Shown here: positions 10,236-19,642 of the stretch, piece by piece | How the letters are laid out: the number at the start of each line of letters is the position of its first letter | How positions within the stretch are numbered: position 1 is the stretch's first letter | Source of the DNA: Cryomorphaceae bacterium | GTDB lineage: Bacteria > Bacteroidota > Bacteroidia > Flavobacteriales > Schleiferiaceae | Direction of reading: 5' to 3' | NCBI GenBank assembly: GCA_038143125.1 | Contig: JAYQLJ010000006.1 | Span: 73,557-137,556 of the forward strand | DNA: 64,000 nucleotides | Program-made: the position numbers and the translations under genes | The notes under the pieces: model-generated | What the model was told of the DNA's origin: nothing | Seen by the model: only the letters and a program-made list of their open reading frames with translations | The model's database searches: none

Positions 10236-10829
10236 CTAGTGAAACGGACGTTTAATACGCCACCACAGTCTTTTGTACCACGGTGCTTTGATAATCACCA
10301 CATCACCCAAAAGCATCACCTGTTCTTCATCCATCGCAATGGCCAAATCATCGGTCAGTTGTTCGAATGTTTGTGGCGAGACTTTGGCTTTGAGGCCTTC
10401 TTTGTAGTCCACCACACGTTGCAATACCGCTGCATCCGAAGAACCTACAATCTGTGCGGCAAGGATACCTGCGTTCTTCGCACCATCTAATGCTACTGTA
10501 GCTACAGGAACGCCGCCTGGCATTTGAAGAATAGAAAGCACGCTGTCCCAACCGTCGATCGAATTTGAACTGTGTACCGGAACACCTATTACTGGAAGCG
10601 GGCTAACGGAAGCCACCATACCTGGGAGGTGTGCGGCACCACCGGCGCCGGCAATGATCGCTTTAATGCCTCTTTTGTGCGCATTCTGACCGTAATCCAT
10701 AAGCTTCTCTGGCGTGCGGTGGGCACTGACGATATCAACTTCATAGGCTAGGCCTAATTCGTCCAATACATCGATAGCTTGTTGCATAACTGGCAGGTCT
10801 GAAGTGCTGCCCATAATGATTCCGATCAT
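10236..10829 (-). CDS. purE: 5-(carboxyamino)imidazole ribonucleotide mutase with unusual ~35-aa C-terminal extension
   Basis: IGIIMGSTSDLPVMQQA, VSAHRTPEKL, IAGAGGAAHLPGMVAS, GVPVATVALDGAKNAG; ORF is 197 aa whereas PurE is usually about 160 aa. Confidence 0.85.
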   Translation of the reverse strand: MIGIIMGSTSDLPVMQQAIDVLDELGLAYEVDIVSAHRTPEKLMDYGQNAHKRGIKAIIAGAGGAAHLPGMVASVSPLPVIGVPVHSSNSIDGWDSVLSILQMPGGVPVATVALDGAKNAGILAAQIVGSSDAAVLQRVVDYKEGLKAKVSPQTFEQLTDDLAIAMDEEQVMLLGDVVIIKAPWYKRLWWRIKRPFH

Positions 10830-10831
10830 GA

Positions 10832-11770
10832 CTATTTGCTTTTGACCAATATACTATTCTTTGCCCACTCGGCGCGCTTGCGGGCTTCATCTCTATCTTT
10901 TGCCACTACCGTGACGTGTCCCATTTTACGGAAAGGACGTGTTTGCGCCTTGCCGTAAATGTGGATGTTTACCCCTGGCTCTCCGAGCAACTCGTCGTAC
11001 CCTTGATACACTACATCACCGCTATATCCTTCTGCACCTACTAGGTTCGCCATCACGCCCGCTGCTTTGAGTTCGGTAGAACCTAAGGGCAGGTCGAGGA
11101 CGGCGCGAACGTGCTGTTCGAATTGGCTCGTGTAACAAGCTTCAATGGTGTGGTGCCCGCTGTTGTGCGGACGCGGGGCTACTTCGTTGACTAAGATCTC
11201 TCCGTCGGCAGTGACGAACAACTCGACTGCGAGTAGGCCGCAGATATCGTAGGCTTCCGCAGTACGGATGGCAATATCGTTGGCTGCTTTGTGCTGCATC
11301 TCTTGGGAGAGCACAGAAGGACAGAGCACATATTCTACTTGGTTGGCCGTAGGGTGGAATTCTTGATCTGCCACAGGGAAGGTCTTCACCTCGCCACTTT
11401 CGTTGCGGGCGACAATCACACTTACTTCTAGTTCAAAGTCCACAAATGCTTCGAGCATGCCCGGGGCATCTGGGATATGTTGTACATCTTCTTCGCTGCG
11501 GCAAACCACTACGCCAAAACCATCATAGCCACCAGTGGCAGCCTTCCAAACAAATGGGATGGGCCAACGGTCGCGAGCAGCTTCAAATTCAGCCTTGCCT
11601 GAGACCATCTCAAAACGTGAGGTGGGGATGTTGTGGTCGGCGTAGAATTGTTTTTGCTTGGTCTTGTCCTGGATGAGCTCGAGGCTATCTGGGTTCGGAT
11701 GTACCTTCTTGCCTTGGGCGCGAAGGTCTCTCAACGCTTGTACGTTGACGGCTTCAATTTCAATTTCCAT
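10832..11770 (-). pseudogene. purK: 5-(carboxyamino)imidazole ribonucleotide synthase lacking about 55-60 N-terminal residues
   Basis: 312-aa ORF with the ATP-grasp core (GGYDGFGV, NEVAPRPHNSGHHT, RKMGHVTV) but starts at the EIEAVNV segment; the N-terminal GxGQLG nucleotide-binding part is absent; sits directly upstream of purE. Confidence 0.75.
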
Positions 11771-12048
11771 TCCTTACCGTGTGGTGCGGCGCGACGACCG
11801 TATTTTTCCCAAGCAATCAAATGCGCGATTTCATGAGTCAGTGTCGTTAAAAATTGAAAGGGTCCCAAGTCGGCATTCATAGTAATGCGAGCGATTTGCC
11901 CGAGGCGTGGCGGACGGAAGTCTCCCAATTTAGACTTTCGCGGTCTCGAGATAGCGATTTGATAATTTAAACCTTCAAGCCACTTTGAAAACAGGGGCTC
12001 GTAATCACCCGCGGGCAGGTAGGGTAGGAGATCATCGAATTGGGCCAT
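11731..12048 (-). pseudogene. SprT-like zinc-metalloprotease-domain protein, 3'-truncated and running into purK
   Basis: 105-aa ORF with THEIAHLIAWEKYGRRAAPHGKEWK (HExxH plus HGxEW); after EWK the frame reads out-of-frame purK sequence (LKLKPSTYKR*). Confidence 0.6.
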
Positions 12049-12173
12049 TAACCCTTTGCACTTTGAGATTCAATCTGTTGAGAGAATGATGGGCAGTCGC
12101 AATCTCTTGCGCTCCCGCAGCTGCTTAAAAGTAGGCCGACGAAGACCAAACAAATCGCGATAAATTGCTTCAT
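12048..12173 (-). CDS. small lipoprotein (41 aa), below ORF-track cutoff
   Basis: MKQFIAICLVFVGLLLSSCGSARDCDCPSFSQQIESQSAKG*; lipobox LLSSC; its TAA overlaps the SprT-like ATG (TAATG), suggesting translational coupling. Confidence 0.45.
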   Translation of the reverse strand: MKQFIAICLVFVGLLLSSCGSARDCDCPSFSQQIESQSAKG

Positions 12174-12214
12174 AGGAATGAGTTTCTCCTTCAAAGAAAC
12201 TGTAAATTAGCCAT

Positions 12215-12969
12215 ATGATCACGAACTTTTTGAAGGAATTGGTGCTTATGCGCTTTTAATGACGAAAGTCTTTAGACGCCCGGACCGCTGGAAACTTTTT
12301 TACCGCGCATTGGTAAAGGAAATTCAGTTGCTTGGTCTAGACTCTATAGGCATTGTGGTTATTCTTTCAGTCTTCATGGGCGGCGTTGTCACCATTCAGA
12401 CGGCCTTTCAGTTGAGTGATGATCCGCTAATACCCACCTACTATATTGCGATGGCAACGCGTGAATCCATCACGCTCGAGTTTAGCCCGACAGTGGTAAG
12501 TTTAATTCTCGCCGGAAAAGTAGGCTCAAACGTAGCTTCGAGTCTAGGAACCATGCGCGTAAGCGAGCAGATTGATGCGCTCGAAGTGATGGGGGTAAAT
12601 AGCGCTAGTTTTTTAATTCTCCCTAAGATTGTCGCCCAGTTACTATTCAATCCAATCCTCATCATCATGTCCCTATTCTTAGGTTTATGGGGTGGAGCAA
12701 TGGCTGGGGATTTGTTAGGCTTAGTTCCATTTGAAGAAAGCGTGATGGGATACAGATTAGAGTTTATCCCCTTCGAAAACGCATTTTACGCACTCATCAA
12801 GACCGTAGTTTTCGCCTTTATCATAGGCTCGGTAAGTGCCTACAGCGGTTATACCGTAAAAGGCGGTGCCGTGGAAGTGGGTGTAGCGAGCACGAATGCG
12901 GTAGTGCGCTCATGTCTTGCCATTATTTTGGCCAATTATTTACTTACTGATCTCATCCTCACCTCATGA
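12215..12969 (+). CDS. mlaE: MlaE-family ABC transporter permease; 5' frame break
   Basis: ATG at 12215 gives MITNFLKE, which joins GAYALLMTKVFRRPDRWKLF (track ORF 12259-2969) after a 1-nt shift near 12236-12240; multi-TM MlaE-like body. Confidence 0.75.
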
Positions 12970-13724
12970 TCCAAGCAAAGGGCATTATCAAGAGCTTCGG
13001 TGAGAATCACGTGTTAAAGGGCGTGGATGTCGATTTTTACCCCGGAAAAACGAACCTAATCATTGGTCGGTCCGGCTCGGGTAAAACCGTATTCTTAAAA
13101 ACCATTTTGGGTTTATTTGAGCCTGATGGCGGAAGCATTCATTACGGCGATGAGGTGTTGGGCGAAATGTCAAAACAACGCCGAAAAACCTTACGCCAAG
13201 AGATTGGCATGGTCTTTCAAGGCGGTGCCCTGTTCGACAGTATGTCGGTCGCGGAAAATATTCGATTCCCTTTAGAGATGTTCTCTGCAATGACGGAGCA
13301 CGAAAAAGATGCACGCGTAAAATTTGTGATGGATCGTGTGCGATTAGAAGGTGCGGATCAATTGTTCCCAAGTGAAATAAGTGGCGGGATGCAAAAGCGC
13401 GTATCTATTGCACGCGCAATATCCATGAATCCTAACTACCTCTTCTGTGATGAGCCCAATTCAGGTTTAGATCCAGAAACAGCCATAGTGATCGATCAAC
13501 TTATTCAAGAGATTACCCATGAATTTGGCATGACTACCATTGTGAATACCCACGATATGAATTCGGTCTTAGAAATAGGGGATCACGTGGTATTTATGAA
13601 GGAAGGTCATAAGGTATGGGAAGGGACTAATGATGAGGTATTGGGCAGCACCAATGCCGATGTAGAAGATTATGTTTTCAAGAGCAAGCTCTTTAAACAG
13701 GTGCGTACGGCACTAAGAAAATAA
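12966..13724 (+). CDS. mlaF: ABC transporter ATP-binding protein (MlaF-like)
   Basis: Intact 252-aa ORF; Walker A GRSGSGKT, signature SGGMQKRVSIARA, Walker B LFCDEP; 4-nt overlap with the permease gene. Confidence 0.8.
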   Translation: MIQAKGIIKSFGENHVLKGVDVDFYPGKTNLIIGRSGSGKTVFLKTILGLFEPDGGSIHYGDEVLGEMSKQRRKTLRQEIGMVFQGGALFDSMSVAENIRFPLEMFSAMTEHEKDARVKFVMDRVRLEGADQLFPSEISGGMQKRVSIARAISMNPNYLFCDEPNSGLDPETAIVIDQLIQEITHEFGMTTIVNTHDMNSVLEIGDHVVFMKEGHKVWEGTNDEVLGSTNADVEDYVFKSKLFKQVRTALRK

Positions 13725-13746
13725 GAACCGTTTTTTAGCTTAAAAG

Positions 13747-13781
13747 TAAAAGCCCGGATGCATGCGCATCCGGGCTTTTTT
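13747..13781. terminator. bidirectional intrinsic terminator
   Basis: AAAAGCCCGGATGC/GCATCCGGGCTTTTTT perfect GC-rich hairpin flanked by an A-run and a T-run, between convergent genes. Confidence 0.8.
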
Positions 13782-13807
13782 GGGTTTTGTGTGTTAAGCG
13801 AGTGAGG

Positions 13808-15094
13808 TTATTTGATAGAGATACGCTCTACTGTGTTTACACCTTCACCTTCAACAGTTAGGATGTACATACCTTTTGCTTTGTTGCTTAGGTTGATCAT
13901 TTTGCGCTCACCGGCTACGAAGTTTTCGTTCGAACGGTAAACGATTTGACCCAATACATCTACTACCGTTACAGTAGCTGCAGCATTTGCGTTCAATTCT
14001 ACATTAACCACACCATTAGATGGGTTAGGGAAAACTGAAACCTCAGTAGCGGCAAGTTCATCTACGCCGATAGAAGAGGTTCCGCTTGCACGCAACCAGA
14101 TCAAATGCGAGTACAACATGTTGATACTCGTTTGATCGTTTCTCCATGAAGAAGTTCCTGCGTGAGCTCCGTAGCGAGTTTCAGAGAACAAGAAGTTCGA
14201 ACAGTTTGTAGAAGTGCTGTCGTAATCTTGGATGAAGTACCCTTGTGGTGCAGATGTGTTGCCTTCTCTGTAGTAGTAGAAGTAGAAAGGATTGATATCA
14301 CCAGATAAGTCCTGGTAGTTGATCGTATCCGTGGTAGTCAAACTATCTGGAATGTATTGAACGAATACACCCAAAAGTTCATCACCTGACATGGTGAAGC
14401 CACCGTTTGGTACTTCAACACCTACTACAGCTACAGACGTATCGTTTTCACTAAGTGTGTAGTCCACAGTAACCGTTGTAGTTGCAGTTGGGCCACCTTG
14501 AACACCGTGAGATGAGCTACCTGCATAGGCCATGGTCTTAGCAGTAGGTTGTACTGTAGGATCTAAGGCTGCAAAGTATGCTGTGGGGTATTGTACACCA
14601 GAGAAAGGTGCAGAGAAACCGTTAGCTCCTTTGAAGATGGTGAAACGGATTTTGTCGTTACGGTTGGCTTGGTAGATTTCGTAGCCACCGATAACGAACA
14701 AAGAATCAATCGTTACCTGATCGCCTTCGTCGAATTCATTATCGCCCCAACCGTAGTAGTTGAAGTCATAAGTTGCACCTACTGCGTGGTTGTAGGAATT
14801 TCCGGCCGTTCCGTCAGAATATACAATCACTGTAGATGAATCTGGAGTCGTTGTAATGGCACCCAACGTCATATCTGAGCTGTAATACTGGTACAAGAAA
14901 TCCGTGTAATCGTAGAGATCGTCTACGGCACCACCTCTTTTCAAGATGATGTCTTCAATTTTTTCTTTAGCAGCCGTTGAAACTGGTAATTCCGCTTGCA
15001 TCAAACGCGCATTCGCAGCGTCTTGACCCATTGCGTTAAAACCAAAAGCTACTGCAGCAAGGAGTAGAACTTTTTTCATAAATGTTTCTTTCAA
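13808..15094 (-). CDS. secreted protein with type A T9SS C-terminal sorting domain
   Basis: Intact 428-aa ORF (likely start MKKVLLLAAVAF at about 15079); C-terminus VSVFPNPSNGVVNVEL...KGMYILTVEGEGVNTVERISIK is a typical Por_Secre_tail. Confidence 0.75.
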   Translation of the reverse strand: MKETFMKKVLLLAAVAFGFNAMGQDAANARLMQAELPVSTAAKEKIEDIILKRGGAVDDLYDYTDFLYQYYSSDMTLGAITTTPDSSTVIVYSDGTAGNSYNHAVGATYDFNYYGWGDNEFDEGDQVTIDSLFVIGGYEIYQANRNDKIRFTIFKGANGFSAPFSGVQYPTAYFAALDPTVQPTAKTMAYAGSSSHGVQGGPTATTTVTVDYTLSENDTSVAVVGVEVPNGGFTMSGDELLGVFVQYIPDSLTTTDTINYQDLSGDINPFYFYYYREGNTSAPQGYFIQDYDSTSTNCSNFLFSETRYGAHAGTSSWRNDQTSINMLYSHLIWLRASGTSSIGVDELAATEVSVFPNPSNGVVNVELNANAAATVTVVDVLGQIVYRSNENFVAGERKMINLSNKAKGMYILTVEGEGVNTVERISIK

Positions 15095-15135
15095 GTGAAT
15101 TTTACGAGAACAAGATACGTAATGAAAACAATAAT

Positions 15136-15777
15136 TTAAACTTTACGCACCATCATAATTCCATCGCGGGCACTAAGAATTACTTGTTCCACTCTGGGGT
15201 CATTAGCAACGTGCTGATTCAATGCTAAAATTGCTTTCGTGTCTTTATCATTTTTTGCGACGGGCTCAGTGACTTTTCCGCTCCACAAAATATTGTCAAT
15301 CAGCATGATGGCATTTGACGGCATCAGGGGTATGAGCTGTTCGTAATAGGTCAGCAATCCCGCCTTATCCGCATCAAGGAAAATGAGCTCCCAAGGCCTA
15401 TGAAGCGTATCGAGGACCTGCGCTGCAGGACCGATGTGTAAATGCATCTGGTCGTATTTCGGGTGCTTAGCCCAATATTTCTGGATAATGGATTCCAATT
15501 CTTCATTGATTTCAACCGCATGGAATTCGCCATCTTCCTGGAGCCCTTCAACTAAAAAATGCGAGGCATACCCCGTGAATGTCCCTACTTCCAAAAGGTA
15601 TTTCGGGCGCTTCATCATCGAGAATTGCTTCAAGATTTGTCCTTGAACGTGACCGCTGAGCATTCTGGGCATGATCACTTTTACCCAAGTTTCACGCTCT
15701 AATTCATCCAAATATTCCGGTGCTTTGGTAGTGTGAGCACTGATGTACTCTTGAAGATCGTCACTAAGGAACTCCAT
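15136..15777 (-). CDS. class I SAM-dependent O-methyltransferase (family 3, caffeoyl-CoA OMT-like)
   Basis: Intact 213-aa ORF; LLEVGTFTGYASHFL SAM motif and IFLDADKAGLLTYYE. Confidence 0.75.
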   Translation of the reverse strand: MEFLSDDLQEYISAHTTKAPEYLDELERETWVKVIMPRMLSGHVQGQILKQFSMMKRPKYLLEVGTFTGYASHFLVEGLQEDGEFHAVEINEELESIIQKYWAKHPKYDQMHLHIGPAAQVLDTLHRPWELIFLDADKAGLLTYYEQLIPLMPSNAIMLIDNILWSGKVTEPVAKNDKDTKAILALNQHVANDPRVEQVILSARDGIMMVRKV

Positions 15778-15780
15778 GAA

Positions 15781-17013
15781 TTACTGTTTTTTATAAATCA
15801 ATTCAAAGGCTTTATCGGGAACGAGGTAGGCATTGGCCACATCCTGAAGCTGTTCGGCGGTAATGGCCTGTATTTTTGATGCAACCGTCTCAAAATCATT
15901 AACCCGTCCAAAGTGTAAAAGGGCACGAGCAGCGCCAACGGCTGAATTGAGTCCATTGTCTTCGCTCATGGCCATTTGACCTAAAAATTGCTTTTTTGCC
16001 TTACTCATTTGCAAGGTACCCAACTTTGTATCTCGCAGTTTTGCTACTTCTTTTGCCACTAGTGCGGCAGCTTTTTCGGTTTGTTGTGGATCGCAACCGA
16101 GGTATATACCCATCATCCCGACATCACTGTAGAGGTTGAGGTAACTTTCAATATTGTATGCTATGCCGTGCTTTTCTCTGATATTTAAACCGAGCCTACT
16201 GTTCATGGCAGGTCCACCCAGTATATTATTTAGCAAAGACAGGCTGCGACGATCATGGCCATGAATGCCGCAGGTTCTCCATCCCACCATATAATGGTCT
16301 TGAAATTGCGCAAGATCCTCTACAACACGATCGGGCTGGCCATCACCTTTGAAGGTGTTTTCCCAATTCGAATCGGCAAACTGAAAGCCGGCGAAAAGTT
16401 CGGCAACCGTGCGCTCAACGCGTTCGCCACCGAAGGGTCCTACCACGGCCAACTTAATGCGATTTGCAGTGTAGGTTCGCGATTGAAATTCAAGAATATC
16501 TGCACGCGAGAGTCCGTCTACACTTTCTGGAGTACCTAAGATGTTCCTCCCCAAAGGGTCGCCTCTGAAAATATGGTCTTCGAAATCGTCGAAAATGCTT
16601 TCGCCAGGTGCGTCTTTGTAACTGGAGATTTCATCTTTGATGACTTCTTTTTCCTTTTCTAATTCTTTTTCAGGGAAGGTGCTGTTAGCGAGTACATCGT
16701 AAAGCAATTCTAGCGCTCTACGAAAATCAGTTTTCAAGAAACTGGCATGTATAATCGTCTCCTCTTTGGTCGTGTATGCGTTGAGCTCGCCACCTACATC
16801 GTCTAATCGCGATAGGATGTGATAGGCCTTTCTTTTAGAAGTGCCTTTGAACAGGTTGTGTTCGAGAAAATGCGCGAGACCTTGTTGGTGGTCCAATTCA
16901 TCTCTAGCCCCAGCACGAATAGCCACCACTACGTGTGCTACACTGCTGCGTTGTGCTTGAAACGAACATTGAAGACCGTTCTCAAGTGTGAAAATGCGTT
17001 GTGTTGTCGTCAT
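15781..17013 (-). CDS. M16 (pitrilysin) family zinc peptidase
   Basis: Intact 410-aa ORF with inverted zinc motif HFLEHNLFKGT. Confidence 0.8.
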   Translation of the reverse strand: MTTTQRIFTLENGLQCSFQAQRSSVAHVVVAIRAGARDELDHQQGLAHFLEHNLFKGTSKRKAYHILSRLDDVGGELNAYTTKEETIIHASFLKTDFRRALELLYDVLANSTFPEKELEKEKEVIKDEISSYKDAPGESIFDDFEDHIFRGDPLGRNILGTPESVDGLSRADILEFQSRTYTANRIKLAVVGPFGGERVERTVAELFAGFQFADSNWENTFKGDGQPDRVVEDLAQFQDHYMVGWRTCGIHGHDRRSLSLLNNILGGPAMNSRLGLNIREKHGIAYNIESYLNLYSDVGMMGIYLGCDPQQTEKAAALVAKEVAKLRDTKLGTLQMSKAKKQFLGQMAMSEDNGLNSAVGAARALLHFGRVNDFETVASKIQAITAEQLQDVANAYLVPDKAFELIYKKQ

Positions 17014-17330
17014 TATTTTTCGTCGATGACTTCAAGAATAGTTCTGAAGGCAAGTGCGTGCGTCCCCCACGCTTTCTCCGTTTTCTTGCGCAGTTCTGGC
17101 CCGTACATCTGCATGTACAGCTTAATGCTTTCAAGATCTGCGGCTCTGTACTGAATGCTGTAGCTCGGATTATCTTGTTCTTGTTCGGGAAAGACTTGTG
17201 TAAAAAGAAAACTTCTGAACATTCCGGTATCCATGACTTCGGGAATATGTTCCTTAACCATCCACTCCTTCCATTTTGCTTCAATGGATTGATCGACTAC
17301 GACAGTAACATTGTAAATGTGTTGGCTCAT
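17013..17330 (-). CDS. DUF4286 family protein
   Basis: Intact 105-aa ORF; N-terminus IYNVTVVVDQSIEAKWKEWMVKEHIPEVMDTGMF resembles DUF4286 proteins; overlapping start/stop with both neighbours. Confidence 0.6.
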   Translation of the reverse strand: MSQHIYNVTVVVDQSIEAKWKEWMVKEHIPEVMDTGMFRSFLFTQVFPEQEQDNPSYSIQYRAADLESIKLYMQMYGPELRKKTEKAWGTHALAFRTILEVIDEK

Positions 17331-19095
17331 AGTGCTAAGGTACGATACATGGTCCTAGCTTGTTCAAAATATAATCCCGCAGGATAGTTGAGCAAATACT
17401 GCTCAAGGGCCAATTGGGCCTCACTCTGTTTAAGTTCGAAGCGACACATGGCGGCGAAAAAGAGCGCATCTTCTTTCCACATGCCTTCTCCAGCGGCTTG
17501 TTGCACAAGCGAGAATTCAGCAAGAGCAGCTTCCCACTGTGCCCCGTCAAGGTAGAGCTTGCCCAACTTTAAACAAACATCGTCATAGAGTTCATGAGCA
17601 ATCAAGACCTTTTTTAACGCTTTATATTTTTCAATGGCTTTGCTTGTTTTTCCTTGGGCTTCCAGGAGCATGGGAACACGAATGAGTCCGAGCCCTTCCA
17701 TTAAGGTATCTTCAACAGAATTGGCACTGATCATTAATGCGTTTTCTAAAGCGTCATTTGCAATGGATTTACTGGTGCTCTGTAAAAGGACTTCAAGTTG
17801 TGTTTTCGCCCATGGAATGTCACCGCCGTAAAAGGCACACATGGCTTTTTTTAATCGGGCCATATCGCCTTCATCTGAATCTTCGAGCAACGTCTCGGCC
17901 CGCGCAAATTCCATTAGGGCATCATCAAAATAGCCCAGTCGGAGATTTGCTTCGCCTTGGCTGAGGTGGGTAAGACCACGTTGAAACTTTCGTGGGTAGC
18001 GCTCGCGTAATTGGGTTAAAGTAGATTCGAATTCGAGCAAAGATTGAAGGCTATCCGCGGGCACCTTGCCCTGTTCAAAGAGAAAAGTTGCCCGGTAGCG
18101 TTCCCATTCAAAACAGGCTTCACAAACACCTAGTGGATAGCGATCTGATAGGGCAGAAATGGCCTCGATATTTTTAGTTTTTTCGTAGCATTTACCCAAT
18201 TCCAGCAGGACACTGTTCGTCCCGCGTTGCTGCATTAAAGCGGTCTTTTGGGTCAACAAGAATTGACCAATAGCTACTGCTATAGCATCGTCATTCCTTC
18301 TCGCGCCTCACGCATCAACTGTAAAAAGGGCTGAATAGACGCGTTTCCGTCGTAGTTAGAACGCATGAAGGTAAAGGCACGATCAAAATCACCTTCTTGC
18401 CTCAGGACAAAGAGCAACAATTGTTCGACAAGGGGATCGGACGATTTCTTGATTGCAGCATAGAGTACTTTCTTAATGGCTGAATTGTGTACCCCATTGG
18501 GATCCTTGCTCAAATTATTGGCAATTCGCATTTTGATACTACTGAGGTAGCCGCTGTTCTGTCTTGCCGCGAGAATATAAGCCTCGTATTGTGCTTCGTA
18601 TTGTCCTAGCTGTGCGTGCAATTGCCCTCTTTCAAAAGCGGTGCGAACATTGGGCTGTGCGGCTTCTGCGATGAGGTACAGCCCAATCGCTTCTTCGATG
18701 TAATTGTATTTTTCCAGTTGTTGTGCGCTTGCCCGGACGGAGAACGGATTGTTTCGGGTGAGGTTTTCGAGCACACTAAAATCTGGACCGCGCCTCCCTA
18801 GGGTTTGGCTAAAATGCCAGTAGTCCACATAGTAAGCCGGTTTAGATTGCCCATAGGCCCTGCTTTGTTTACGGGCCAATTTAAAAACCTTACCGGTATC
18901 CTCTAGCACCAAATACGCTTCAAGGAGTTTTTCAAAAGCAGGTCCCACCGGATTTTGAGAATGCAGGTCTTCAAGACAAGCCGCAGCGGCATCAAACTGC
19001 CTTTTGATCAATAAACTGTCACAGTCTGACAGACCGTTTTGCCCCAAACTAAGAAGGGGAATGAGAAAAATAAAAAGTGGTCTAACGAATCGCAT
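17327..19095 (-). CDS. tetratricopeptide-repeat protein, one frame break
   Basis: 18280-19095 (signal peptide MRFVRPLFIFLIPLLSLG) and 17327-18259 are in different frames; both are helical-repeat, TPR-like sequence. Confidence 0.6.
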
Positions 19096-19639
19096 CGGGC
19101 TCCAAGATAAAGCCTTTTAAGGAGTCTAATTGTAGCACCAAGGTATCGTATGCTCTAAGGCAACTGAAACAACCCCCATAGCTTTTATTCATTGTGCGGT
19201 CAAGATCGCGCAAAAGCATGGCCTCCTGATTGTAATACCCAATAGCAGTCGTGCTATCGAGATGACCTTTGAGAACATCGTGCCTCAAATTCGATAGCCT
19301 TTCGCGGTGCTTCTCAGGATTTAAATCTTTGGCCGTTCGAACCCGATTTAAATATTTAGTGCAGTTTTTCATGGTCTCAAGAGGACCCGTATACATGGAC
19401 TTAGGAACATTCAGTCGTGCCATCTCATCCAGTTGTTCCAAGAAGAAAATTTGGTGTGCTCCCAAAACGTCGGATGCAGCAGCTACCTGCTCAGCATCAG
19501 TACTCGCGATAACCTGTTCATGACTTTTGGCCAAAACAATCATGGAATCCAAACGGCTGCCCATCTCGATTTGCCAAGGCTCTTTTGTACAACTGATCAC
19601 AAAGAGGCTTAATGTGCAAAACAAAAGCAGTTTTTGCAT
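19082..19639 (-). CDS. hypothetical lipoprotein
   Basis: Intact 185-aa ORF with lipobox LFVISC. Confidence 0.5.
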   Translation of the reverse strand: MQKLLLFCTLSLFVISCTKEPWQIEMGSRLDSMIVLAKSHEQVIASTDAEQVAAASDVLGAHQIFFLEQLDEMARLNVPKSMYTGPLETMKNCTKYLNRVRTAKDLNPEKHRERLSNLRHDVLKGHLDSTTAIGYYNQEAMLLRDLDRTMNKSYGGCFSCLRAYDTLVLQLDSLKGFILEPDAIR

Positions 19640-19642
19640 GGA

